NCBI GenBank assembly: GCA_048013815.1
Contig: CM106585.1
Location: forward strand, 7,688,001-7,752,000
Source of the DNA: Setoptus koraiensis
Taxonomy: Eukaryota; Animalia; Arthropoda
Reading direction: 5' to 3'
DNA length: 64,000 nucleotides
Shown here in pieces: positions 10,471-22,917 of this stretch. The position numbers and the translations under genes are program-made. Below the pieces are notes generated by a model that made no database searches, was not told the DNA's origin, and saw only the letters and a list, made by a program, of their open reading frames with translations. How positions within the stretch are numbered: the first letter of the stretch is position 1; every line of letters begins with the position of its first letter.

Positions 10471-10875
10471 AGTAAATGGGGCGAATATTATTATTATCGT
10501 ATCCACTGTGTGTGCAGTTGTTGCGAGAAGCAAAACAGTGTGCCAATGGTTCGCTATTTTTCTGCACCGTCTGTATTGGCGGTGCTGCTGCTGCTGGCTG
10601 GCTGGCTGGGTGTAGCGTTCACTGAATGGATTCTAAGAACGCAATCATCGATTCGATCCTTTGTCGCGCACACACACACACAGCGAGAGTGTTGCCACAC
10701 ACTGACGCTGCCTGGCACAAGATTAATTGGACACCCTGGTGCAATTAATGGTGCAGCGCAAGCACACCCCAATGGCCGGGTGCGCAACGAATAATGTTCA
10801 ACAACCTCCGCCCGTGTCTCCTTGTCCGCAATGAGTAACGAGTGATGCGACGATCCCACTCATTCGATCCGACAT

Positions 10876-10900
10876 GCACACACACACACACACACACACA
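10876..10900. repeat. (CA)n microsatellite, one of many (also ~44247, 44629, 56238, 57300, 62088)
   Basis: Direct observation of CA/TG runs. Confidence 0.9.
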
Positions 10901-12247
10901 CCGTGCACCATATACAGCAAGCTGCACCAAACAACCAGCGCCAACAGTTGCTGTCGGGCACTTGCAGCCTGCAAGTTGCAGGCGCATCACGCACAACACA
11001 CAGCGAACGCACAAAATCGAACAAGCGTAGCGACCTACTCTATCACGCTGTCAGTGTACAGTGCTGCCTAAACACACACACACAGTAGTAAACGTTGGAC
11101 GCTTGCGAACCACCGACAATTCGATTCCAATACCTCCCCCTCCGAACTTATGCTGTAAGACTTGACTCGTAACACGCCAGCGGCCACTCTTACTCACCAC
11201 TTCTCGCCTGCCTTGCTGATACCATCGCACACTATACGCACACACTTTGTCGTGCCGCGAAAGCAGAGTGGGCGTTATAGTGAACACTGTTCAGAAAACT
11301 TTACCGTGTGTGTGTGTGTGTCCGAAAACAACAAAAAACCGCACCGCATATCCGCCCAGCACGGGCATACCCGCACATCACTATTGCTACTACACTCGTT
11401 TGCTGGACCGGTTCCCGTGTCGAGGCGGCCCGCACTGAACATGGCAACCTCGGCATAAAAATCAGCGCGTCGCCAACAACAGCCTAGCCTTTCACTGCTA
11501 ATCACTGGTGAGGCTCTCTGGCTGGTCATCCGGCTCCCTCTGTTTATATATGTAACATGAGTCACAAAGTGACTCCAACATGCAGCTTCAAAAATGTTAA
11601 AATGCCAAAAGTTGGTACTAGGGCGCAAAATTTCAAATCATCTGCCCCAAAATGCAATGAATAGTTTACTTTGTTACACCAAGTCGCTATTTACTAGTTC
11701 AAATTGACATTAACGAGCACTTCGTTAGTGCGAAAGTTTTTTATTATCAGTCGTTTTATCGTTTGCTTATGTAAAACTATAGACAAACTACAACAACGAC
11801 CACGCCGCGCCATATCCATCATCCATCGAATCGATTCAAGATGCGTCTGTATAAACTTTTACTTACAACTTACTTTGTTAGAGTCAGAGAAAATCATGGT
11901 ATGAGTAACCTTAGCTTGCGTTGGCACATTCTTAGTCAGTTGCTAAATTTGTCGACCAACCGTTTATAAGATTAATAGATAAGAATTGTAACCGCATGTT
12001 ATACGGTCATGAAAAACAGAACTGCCGACGAGAAGCGCGCGACTAGATGAACGATATTTCAGCTAGTGCTTTTTTCGCATCAGCTAATCTGAACATGATG
12101 AATTGAGCCAGATATTCCAATCAATTTGAAATGTCATGTTATGCAACGTATGTAATGTAACTTCGGTGTGACGACACTGTTAGTTGCCTATTAGTTGAAA
12201 TCTATCTGTTAGTTTATTGCATATTGATTCAATCAGTTATTTGATTA

Positions 12248-14437
12248 CTAATAATAATCGGGCGATAACAAGAGGCGATTCTCTTCAGACTTTTTCCTGT
12301 TCATCTTTTTTATCTGGTCGTCAAACCTAAAACCGGCACCGTCTAGATAAAATTCCAAATCTATGTTTAATCCTGGGTTAAGGCTAGAGGTATCAGGATC
12401 TGGTTTGGCCTTAGGTTTCTTATATCTAGCCAGCAGTGTGCAGAGTAAGGCGCCGGCCACTAGGAACGAAAAACCGCTCATGATAAAAATTAATACTAAT
12501 GAAGAGAAGAGACATTATCGTTAATAAAGACACAGAATAAGATTTCTGACAGGATAGTGCAAAGCTGGTTGGTGATTCTTTTAGCTCCGCCGAATAGCTG
12601 TTTTTGATCTTTGACGAGGCTGCTCGCGGTCATGCATTGATAGGACGGACATGTTGCGGAATTTGTAGGGTTTAGATGAAGCACATTCACACATTTAACA
12701 AGTTAAGAACGATATAGCCATGTCAGGGAAGGTTGTTGCCGAAGATATTGGGAAACCAAGACGTGTTCAGGGTGAACAGGACATACATTATGGAAGATGT
12801 GCGGGTTAGAGCTTAGGATATGAGTTGCGTGCCGAGATTGGGAAAGGTTTTGCTTAAATTGAATTAAAAAGCTGGAAATATAGTGAAAGAGCTTACATTT
12901 AGCCAATTGTTGTTGGTAACTATATCGAGGTCCACTGAGCATATCGACCACGTTCAAGAAGGTACCATTATTAAATAAATTTTCTCTTGGTAAGTCCAGG
13001 ATATAGCACATCAGGGGGAAGAGATCAATGTTTGGGAAGGCCTTTTCGTGATAGTAGTCCTTCTTAAATTTAGGCCCTATCGCCATGAATAGAGGTCGCA
13101 TATCATCTTCTGTGGGACTCCAGCCGTGATTACCCCAAATCTTATTTTTGGGTCCCATATGCGTTTTGTTGTAGAAAAGGTCGTAACCTGGGTCAGTGAT
13201 TATAAAGTAATGACCGATACGAGCCGATTTGCTATAGTGAAACTCATCTGGTATAGATCCGCGCTTGTAAACGGTAAAATGAGCTTTCTTGGAGGCTTCC
13301 TTAAGTTTCCTATAAACTTTGCTTCTCATTGTCAGGTATTCGGGTTTGATCCAGACTGACCAAGTGGGCGAAGCTCCATATAATTCGAAGAACTTTGTAT
13401 CGACATAGTCTTCCAAGAATATTGACTTGTTTAACTGTGCCATTCCGTGATCAGACAAAAAAATGATGTTGGTTTGTTCGTATAAACCAACATCTCTCAG
13501 TCTTTTGACTAGATAACCTGCAGCACTGTCAACTTTTCTAACTTGAGAAAGAGTCTCATGAGCAAACGGTCCATAGGTGTGAGCTGTTGAGTCTGGCTCC
13601 TGTTATTGTTCAAGTGGGTTGAAAATCTTGTTAGTTCAAACTAGAATTCGACCATTCCTTTGATCTGAGATAAGATATGTATGTGTCTACTCAACTAGGT
13701 AAACTTACATCAAAATAAATGCTGACAAAATTAGCAGGTGCGACTGGATCAGTCATCCAATCGATGACCGTGTCAACATTCAACGTCCAATTCCTGTCTC
13801 TATCGAAATGTTTTAGATAATGAGGTGTGATACCGTGATATGGTGGAACTGAGCCGGGATACATCATTGATCCGCTATGGCGCAATCCTTTACCGTACAA
13901 TTGGTTAGCAGTCTGTATCAATTTGATTGTAGAAATATTGATGAAACGGATATGTTATTAAAAATGAAAATGATGAAAAGTGATGCTGCAAATCGAATGA
14001 AACTGCTAATTACCCAAATCGGCGTGGTTTTATTGTCCGGATCCCACCATTTGGGGTCAGTAGTTGATGGCTGAAATTTATTGTCCTTAAGTCTTGGATC
14101 GAACATACGATTATTAATGATCTCATGTTCATCTTCATATAATCCAGTGGCTATAGACAAATGATTAGGGAAGGTCTTTGTTATATATAGACTGCGCATG
14201 TGACCAAGGGTGGCATGAGGCACCAGATCGAACATATTTGGGGCTGTGGATTGATGTAAGTAATCATGTCTGAAGCCGTCAAATGATATCAAGATTAAGA
14301 TTGGCACCGCTGGGAAGATGACATAATGATAGAAGTGTTTCGTGAATAAAATTGATAAAGTGTGGTAAAGTTTTTTTGGGTTGTTCTGAAGGAAACAATG
14401 TTAGATATAACTTACTTTGAGCAATGGGAGAAATCAT
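12248..14437 (-). CDS. ENPP4/5-like nucleotide pyrophosphatase/phosphodiesterase with C-terminal TM; exons 14437-14416 (tentative), 14309-14014, 13912-13709, 13599-12897, 12495-12248
   Basis: Alkaline-phosphatase-superfamily motifs are intact: SFDGFR, TKTFPNH (catalytic Thr), YFDEPDSTAH, SDHGM, GNHGW. The splice model is phase-consistent. The last exon encodes a TM (LLIFIMSGFSFLVAGALLCTLLA), a basic stop-transfer RYKKPK and EENRLL. The true 5' signal-peptide exon is unresolved. Confidence 0.88.
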
Positions 14438-16945
14438 TGTGAATATTGTTTATGTCTGATAAATTTTTTGGAATTTTCGTGGACGAAATTGTAATGTCGA
14501 AGCTTAGCTCACAAATTGTTTTCTCTGTCTCAATCTATCACAGTTAGATTGTAGTTTGACGATTCTACCTTTGAGGTTCCATTATTATTTAATCCTAATA
14601 TCACACATACACTATCGTTGTAATGTTTGTTTTGTTCTCAATGTGATGATAGTGGCTGCTGCTGTAAGTTAGTTAGTCAGGCTCGAGTTTAGTTTGCTGA
14701 TCAAATACCGAACAGGTAACCAATACGAAGAAAAGGATTGGAAACAGACACCTGTTAACGAGTGGCTGTGTTGCCGTGTTGCTATTGCTAGTATTACGAG
14801 TTGAGTCTATAAATCGATTATTTGCAATGCTATGATAATAATACTAGAACCGATGCAAATGAGCCTAACAAGTGCTAAGGCAGTTATAAGTAATAATGAA
14901 AAATGTGTGCATCATTTAATTATTGATCCCGGCCGATATGTTGGTGTAATGGTGCTGTTTTCAGGATAGTGTGTGCGTGCTCATAGGTCGGCAAGATACA
15001 TTTTGGAGGATGAAATTGGTTAAAAGCTATTGGTTGACTGACTGAACTCTTTCTGTATGTGGACCTGTCCCCTGCGTTGTTTGTTGCAACAGACGATTAG
15101 TCTATAATTGATTGTTGCGGATGGCTGGCCGTTTTATTATTCGTACGTAGTGGCTACAATAATGATAATGAGCTGTTACTTGATTCGTTGATCGTTCATC
15201 GGGGTGTTTCTTTTGGTCTGTTTTTGCCACTGTTGCTAGAGCACAGGCAATAGAGAGAGAGAGAATGAAATTTTTTCCAGCAAAAATCTAGATTTGACAT
15301 AAGGCAATTCCATGATCCATCAGATCAATATTGCTGCGTTCTGTTTTGTTCTCCATCTATCCATTTTGTATTGTTACAACTGGCATGAACAAATAATTGA
15401 GCATGTGATAGCTAACTGGCTGGCTCACTGACTGGCTCACTAACTGACTGGCTGGCTGGCTGACGTTGATAATCGAACTGGAGATGATCACAATAAAATA
15501 TAATAATATAAACGATTAATAATCCTAGAGATAATAGATAACACGGATAGTAGGATAATGGTGACAATAAAAGCTACTGATAATAACAATAATAATAATG
15601 ATGATAATAGTGGCGAATAATATTCATAGATACAAGTAGTTAACCTTACCACAGTGTGCCCAGGTGAACAACAATAATACTGACAGCAGACAAACAAACG
15701 ATCTTGTGACCCAAAAATGAGAACAAAACAAATGTGGAACAGCGCGAACGGGCGCAAGACGGCGCAGAAAGGCGCACAGAAATGCGCAAGACAGCAGTCA
15801 AGGTTAGCTCTGGCTAACCAGGTGAGAGGTTTTGAATTTCTGACAGCGAACAAGCTTGCGCTATTTTCATTTGTGCACGACTTTCTCGACTTGGCAAGAC
15901 TCACTCACAACATTCAACATTCGGCAGCAGCAGCAACAACAACAACAACAACAATAAATTGGGATCAGTGTCATATTATAGCTACACGCTCCATTAGACA
16001 TGCATCACCTATCTAGCGGCACTATCTGTGGCATTGATCCGATTTCGCGGGATCACTCAAGCCCGACAATGAGTTTCTTTATGTGGGCTCTTCTCGTTCG
16101 AAAGGAACGACTCAGTTCCTGATGAATGCGCCAAGCATCTCGGCGTCAATCGTGACTACACTGTCAGCAAGACACCGACGATGGCGACAGCTAAAGTGAC
16201 TTTTTTGGTGGCCATTGTGAGAGCGGTGTGTGGGCAAATGTCAAAAAATCGCCCGAATGTCGATATGCCGACGGGATCAAATCATCGCTACACTGCAGTG
16301 CAGCAATGATTTGTTGCAATGTGATCCCGATCCTATTTTGTCCTGCCAACTAATCCCAATAATGGATACATGCATCGGACAGGTGATTCTCGCTCTCTCT
16401 TTGCTGACATGACAACTGATGTAAACTTATAATTGTTGCGTGCATTTAGAGTAGCGTTCGAGAGCGCCATTTTCGTTGTCGACGACATCGAATCGTGGCA
16501 ACATGATGCTCCATCAGATAGGTGATGTGATCATGAGTCGCTTCATACGACCATGCGGATTCTATTAATTATGTTGATGCACAAGCGAAACAATTGAAAT
16601 TTGACACCATGAATTAATTGGTTGCTGTCATTCGAAGCCGCTCAAATTGCTAAAACTGTTCTATTTATTTGATTCAAGTTTACATCAACATTGTCGATAC
16701 AGAGTGGATGTAATTTGACAATATGGGCATGATAAGATGATGTGACGACGACAAACTGGATATTCAAGCTGATACGTGAGCATTAGTGATTGTTGATATG
16801 TTGATTATTCTCTCTATCTGTGGAATTGGTTCTTCTATAACATTATATTCTATTCTATTTTTGAATTAGACAGATCAGATTTGTCATTTGCCATTCATTA
16901 TCCGTTAGACGTTGATTAGACGTAACATTGTAGCGGTTGGCCCAA

Positions 16946-19551
16946 TTAGGGCACCACTGCCATTAGCGAGTCCAGGTCCTCCTCTATGTTGTGGCGCTCC
17001 TGATTATCGTCTGCTGGATGGTTGCCACTATCCAATGTTTTGATGGCCTGTCTAACGGTGCAAAGATCGCCCTTCAATTCGCTCACCAGTGCCATGATCT
17101 TTCTGGTGTTACTCAAAATCTCAACACTTTGCGTATAGGGATTGTATCTTAAGCCAAATGGTCGTTTAATGGTGGCACTGAATTCGCGCATCATCATTTT
17201 TGCCTCATCAAAGCTCTCTGTTGTGAAATAGGCCTCTTGAAATGCCGTTATAATTGGGGTCGCCTGGCACGTAACTATTGGATCAAATGGTAGTATGTGT
17301 GCGGAACCTGACACGGCATGCTTTAATTCGGCTATGCTAGACAGTAGGCCGGCGCCATAGATTTTTAATTCGTTGTCTTGTTTGCACAAACCAAATTCTA
17401 TGGTAAAAAAGTAACACGTTGCCAATTTGTCCACCTCGTCATCGTTGGCGCCCAACGATGCCAGACCGAGCTCTTGCGAGAATTGCGCAAAGCCCCTGTC
17501 GGCCAACAGTGGACAATGGCCCAATAGCTCATGACAACAATCTGGCTCTGGCGTGTAAAACGGATCACTGGGATGCCTAATGTACTGCGTACAATGAAAC
17601 ACCCTGAATGCCAAGCCAGCCAAAAAGTCCCTAGACGACAGGTAGCCGGCCACTGGGCGCAATGTGAAGCCAGTGCGAACGCGCAAAAATTGTGATATAT
17701 CCTCTAATTGAGGTATGTTGTCTTGCCGGTAGCCACAATATTTGATGAGCGATTTGAAATTGTCATTGAATTCACGGCAAGCGTGCTTCTCATACAGCTC
17801 AGTCAACTTACTGAATATGACCGACCAAGTGGCTATCTCTTCTTTTGTATACTCAATACGAGGTATTGGCGTACCATGCTTGTAACCGTACGCGATTTCG
17901 GTGAATTCCTTGCGTCGTTCCCTGTAAACGGGATCTTTGAAGCCCTGTAAATGAACGCCACACACATAGACACACACAATATGGCAAATACGACAAATCA
18001 TTGACGAAAAAACAAAATCAATACCACACGCTATTGATTGGTTTCATTTGCGACCGTCAACAGTCAGTCACAGGCTGACTCAACTAGCTCGCGCCTCACT
18101 TGGCAAGCTATTTGATGAGGCTATTTGGTGAGATGTGAGCTGAGATACTCACAGGGTGATCGGCGTCCAGTTCGGTGCCGTACATAAGCACCCGCTTCGA
18201 CGACAGGTCCAGCTCGCCGATGTGTCGCGGAAACCATGGCATGCCCTCCATGAGCGACTCTGTGTATTGATTGACCCACATAACAATATGTGTGTGACAT
18301 ATTGGCCCACGGCCACATGATGATAGATATATATATATATAGACATGGTGAAATTAATTTCCGCGTTTGCAATCCAATTACAAGTGATTACAAGCAATTG
18401 ACCACTCACTCACCTAGATCTGTTGATGGCTGCGACGGCACCAAAGAGTGAGCTCGAGTGGCTCGATAAAGTGACTCTGAGCCGTCCATGGAACCGTTAG
18501 TGCCGTTACAATTGGCCAGACCGTCGTTCGCATTTGCAACGCCCCCACCATTCAGCGAGGGCGAATTCTTTGCCTTGATTTGAGCCGCGTCGGAGCCCGA
18601 CCATCGATCGAATTCTTCTTTGGTCAAGCATTTAACCTCGTGCCTATACCGATATGTGATGTAATACGTGAACAAAATCAATTATCTATCTCAGCTCACC
18701 TATATAATGCAAACAATAGTGTTAAGCTGTACCCACCTTAGATGGTGCACCAATTGTTTCATCTTGTTTGCATCGCTGCAATCAATGTCGACAAATATCT
18801 CAAATTCCGAGTCGCGCCTCTTCGACTTGCGCGACTCTATATGCTTGACGCCAATGTCGAGTTCCTGAACAAAGTGTGATAGTGACCGGTAGTTATGTAA
18901 TTTTCTGTTATCGGCTTACAAAATACAGGTTCTAAACAGACTACCAAGCTACTTAGACAAAACCACCAATTACCCACTTACCTGAAAAATGCGCAAAGCT
19001 CTCACCAGGCCACCGACCTGGTTGCTGAGCGAAAATATAAGCTCGCTGTCGCTCAACCAATTGGCCGACTTCAATTGGGTGCCCTGGTCCCCATCGTGGA
19101 TACTATGCGCTTGCCCAAAACAAGAGTCGTCGCCGAGACAGAGCTCGCCCGTCCCGTCCATCTGATGATAGCTTGAGGTGGCATAATGATGTTCGTGTGG
19201 ATCTTGATGGTCGTCGTCTTGATGATCATCAGTGGTTTCCTCTTCTGATATAACATGAGTGTTTCGCAGTTGTGCTGACAATATTCTGTTGGCAGAAGCG
19301 CCACTATTGCTGTCGAATACTGTTGTCTGATTGATTTGCTTCAATCTGACTGATTTGTCCTGTTTCAGTGAATTTGAGTCAGTGTCGCTAGTATTACTAT
19401 TTGTGCCATTGCTGTTGTGACCGTTTGACGATTTTGCTATCTTTCTTCTGAGATCCTCGACAAAACTGTCGGTGAAGTCGCGAAGATTTGCCACGGCCGG
19501 CGTCGAACAATAGCGCCTAGTCTTGAAATCGAAACGTCTCAAATGTGCCAT
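16946..19551 (-). CDS. Trh: Tryptophan hydroxylase, ~677 aa; exons 19551-18982, 18864-18737, 18643-18414, 18259-18153, 17944-16946
   Basis: ACT domain [20 protein letters not shown]...[19 protein letters not shown] (TPH-type, not PAH-type); catalytic PWFPR...[58 protein letters not shown]. All four introns are GT-AG and phase-consistent. Confidence 0.93.
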
Positions 19552-21376
19552 TTCGCTACCAACTACGATTACTACTAACCTGTTACCTAATTATTATGAT
19601 CGCTAGTTTCATTAACTGTGAGTTGATTTTACTCGAACAACATGACGTTTATTTATTTATTACATTCACCAGTGATGGCATTATAGACATGGACTAACTT
19701 GCGACGATGGCGAAATTTTAACCAGATTGCGTAAGTGTGGCAAAGCCGCTGGTCAGTGAATAAATCCGTGTTGTATTGCAACTGAGACGGCGCCAACTAT
19801 CGTGATGAATAACTGCGTTAATAGTTGCTCATGGTGCGCCTATATATTTACACTTGCGCCCCAATGATAATGGCGCACACGATGAATAGAATGCGTGGGC
19901 TCTCAATTTACTCACCTCCCCCTATCTGTTATAAATATCTCAATCTTTAGCGGAGATAGTTCTATTAGAAACGATCACATCATAATACAATTTCAATGGC
20001 AACCCACAAGGTTAGCGAGGTCGCCCAAAAAATCGATCGGCTCATCAATGCTCATCCACTAAGATATCTATGCTCCGATATTGAATGGCGTTGTTGAATT
20101 GGTGATATGCAATTTATTATTAAACATTATTCAATCGCCACTCGCCTATATGATGATACCTGCAGCCATCTCGCGAGTCAACCTAGGTACCTTGTAAGCG
20201 GTATTGTGTTGCGGGTCACTTTGTTGCGTAACAACTTGAGGCGGCAGATTTAACGGGTTTGTGGCAATAAGAAAAAAGCGTTCGGTCGGTTCATTTTGAT
20301 TCGAGTGTCGCTGCTGATTTGTCTGATATCCGGCTCTCTTGATTTCCAGCGATTTCGGCTGGCCATCTTGGGCTCCAACTGGCCTCCAAAACAGCCCCCT
20401 CAACTGCAGCACCTCTATCGATCTATTTATACACAATATACGTATGTAGAATGCTCTCGAAATAACCCAGGCCAATAAATAATGCTTTTGTCCGCCAGGC
20501 GCGCCAGGGTTGTTGCGCCGATGATTATCGCGTCACTCGTAATGCCACCGCCATCGCACCGTACATCTTATCTTTGGGGCGTCAATGTCAAACAAGAGCT
20601 ATCTATTATTCTTTCGGTCATTGCTGCCAACCATTGATTTACTACAACAACACCTGCTGACATCTTATTATCCTTATCTTTAAACGAAAATCTCTTCACT
20701 TTTCGGTGTGTGTGTGTGTATGTGTGCGTAGGCAGTGAACAAAAAGTTGCGATAACATTCAGTGACAACCATCTTGAATAGAAGTGATATCTATAATTTA
20801 TTCAAGATTACGACACACACTGGCCAGATAATCCACTAACACGTGGTGCTGGCTAATATAATATCTGGCAAATGGGCAAACCATCATAAAATTGCTGCTT
20901 GCGTCATCGTTTCAATAAGCTATGTTCGTAGCGACTCGCTTTTAGAGACACACGATCAATATCGGCATTAGGTTTCAGTTTATTGTTGTTGGTGTCTCTG
21001 TTTATGCGACACACTGTGTTAAAATATAAAACATGCGTCAGGCCTGGTGTGAGGTTAGTAATTTTTGTGCATTTTTAATTATGTCTCCATTATAATAAAT
21101 GGCCGATGTTCATTAACAGCATCACATGCATGCTGATATCGGAAATTCGAAAACTAGAAAGTTTCTGTAGCACTCTTATGACTGCCACTCATGGATCAGA
21201 GTTGTTTGTCCGGATGCGAATGAAACACGATCCTCTGCTGTTTATTCAATTCATTTAGAAATCGGCAGTTAACTGTCGAAAGCCAGACAAAACTATTATG
21301 TTGTAACTATATTATTTTGAAATGAGTATTATCGTCGCATATTGTTGATTATTCTCAACGTTGCGCGATCTACGAC

Positions 21377-22917
21377 ATGGACTACGACACTAAATTGACA
21401 CTGCGTGTCGCATTGGTTTATCTCATCGGTATTATCAATACGCTCAATGGATTTGTTTCGTCAACCGCGCTCAGGGGAGATTTGAAAACATGGCTAGTGA
21501 ACACTAATTTAAACAATGAACTCAATTGGAAAGATCACAGACTGCCCTGCATAGGAACCATCGATAAAAGATTGATAATTGGCGAGGATAATTTGGTTAT
21601 GTTGATTGCAAGCCCCTTAAGTGCACTGGGTCTAATAACGTTATTACCCGACAACGGTTTGCTATTGTTTGATGATGAGAGAACCGACAATCTTGAGAAA
21701 AGCAACAACGCTATCAATTGTGATCTAGACGACAATCAAATGCACAGTAACGAAGTTGAGGATTTCGTCTACACGTTAGATGGATATGACAAGAGCTGGT
21801 ACAATCCATACAATTGGGAATCAACATATTACGCAATCAGAGAGTTTGATCCACATTCGCATCAAATACCCTGTTGGCAAGATACAGTTGAATTTGGAGT
21901 GGAGACTTTTTCGCGGGATGCACCAACGACACACGGATTTAAGGTCGATTTTAATTCTTTTCCCAAAGCTTCCGCAAATGCAGCTACTGAGGTGCCAGAT
22001 ATTAATATAAGAGTGAGTGCAGTAAGAATCAATAATATTAGCTACGACAACGAACAATTGGCCGAGCTACTGAAATCAGACGAGTACAGCAATAAGTTAT
22101 TTCACAATATCGGTGGTGACAACAGTAGTGACAGTGGCACAAAAAACATCGAGAAAACAATCACAGTTGACAGTAGCTCATTGAATGAAAACGGATATTG
22201 CAACGACGATGCCGGTTGTCTTTGTGGCAACGAAGACAAAGACACAATGGCCAGAATATGTTCGTTTGTCACTGCAACAAAGCAAAACGATAGTGATCAA
22301 GCTGTGATTGATTCTAATTATGCTGATCAACTTACGTGCGACGATCCCATTTACTCAACTGGCTATTGTAATAAATTATGTGCGTCGGTATTGGACATTG
22401 TTATAATTCCTTCAATGTTTCAAGCGAGATATCTCGAGAATTTCATCGATGACGAATTGTATGGTTACGACGACATTACAACAGACCGTTATTTTATGGG
22501 CAAGGTGCATGTTGTGGCCAGAAGAGTTTACTATAACAAATTCGAAGTTACATTCATAGACGGCGACGGTGTTCACGGTCACGAGCTTGCCACGAAAATC
22601 CAGGCAGAGATCTTGAGAGGTAAATTAACTGAGCATACGCAACTATGAGCAACCTCATCTGTTGTCCAATTGGACTATCTCACGAACACAATCAATTGTT
22701 TTGCATTTGCGCTCTTTTCACTCATCACACCATTTCCCCATATATTACAGATTTAAGACTAGAAAACAGCTATGGCGTAAGATCTGTCGCCTTGCGCTAT
22801 AGCTCTCAATGGCGTTTGGTGAGGAGAGGCCACATGATGAATATACTAATCGCAATCGTCATGCTGTTGGCAATCATATTTTATGTTTACCAAAAATTTC
22901 GAGGACACTTAGGGTGA
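21377..22917 (+). CDS. amn: Amnionless-like type I membrane protein; exons 21377-22619, 22751-22917 (a further 3' exon is possible)
   Basis: Signal peptide; WLVNTNLNNELNW...PC and LLPDNGLLL N-terminal motifs; Cys-rich CNDDAGCLCGNED...IC...C...TGYCNKLCASVL; a phase-1 intron joins it to a TM helix (ILIAIVMLLAIIFYVY). Confidence 0.85.

Noticed and set aside
2420-12635. In-frame TGA at the same position in both duplicated segments (INA*), suggesting a selenoprotein or readthrough ORF
   Set aside because: That part of the 12-kb copy is better explained as ENPP intron, since a phase-matched acceptor at 12496 yields a TM plus tail exon. Other frames align about equally well, and no SECIS was recognised.
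15488-16420. Short ORFs and a Cys-containing frame at 16230-16412 as a secreted peptide gene
   Set aside because: Could not assemble a consistent start, splice chain or Cys pattern.
16946-19551. Initial call as phenylalanine hydroxylase (Henna/PAH)
   Set aside because: [32 protein letters not shown] and ATCYFFT are TPH-type motifs.
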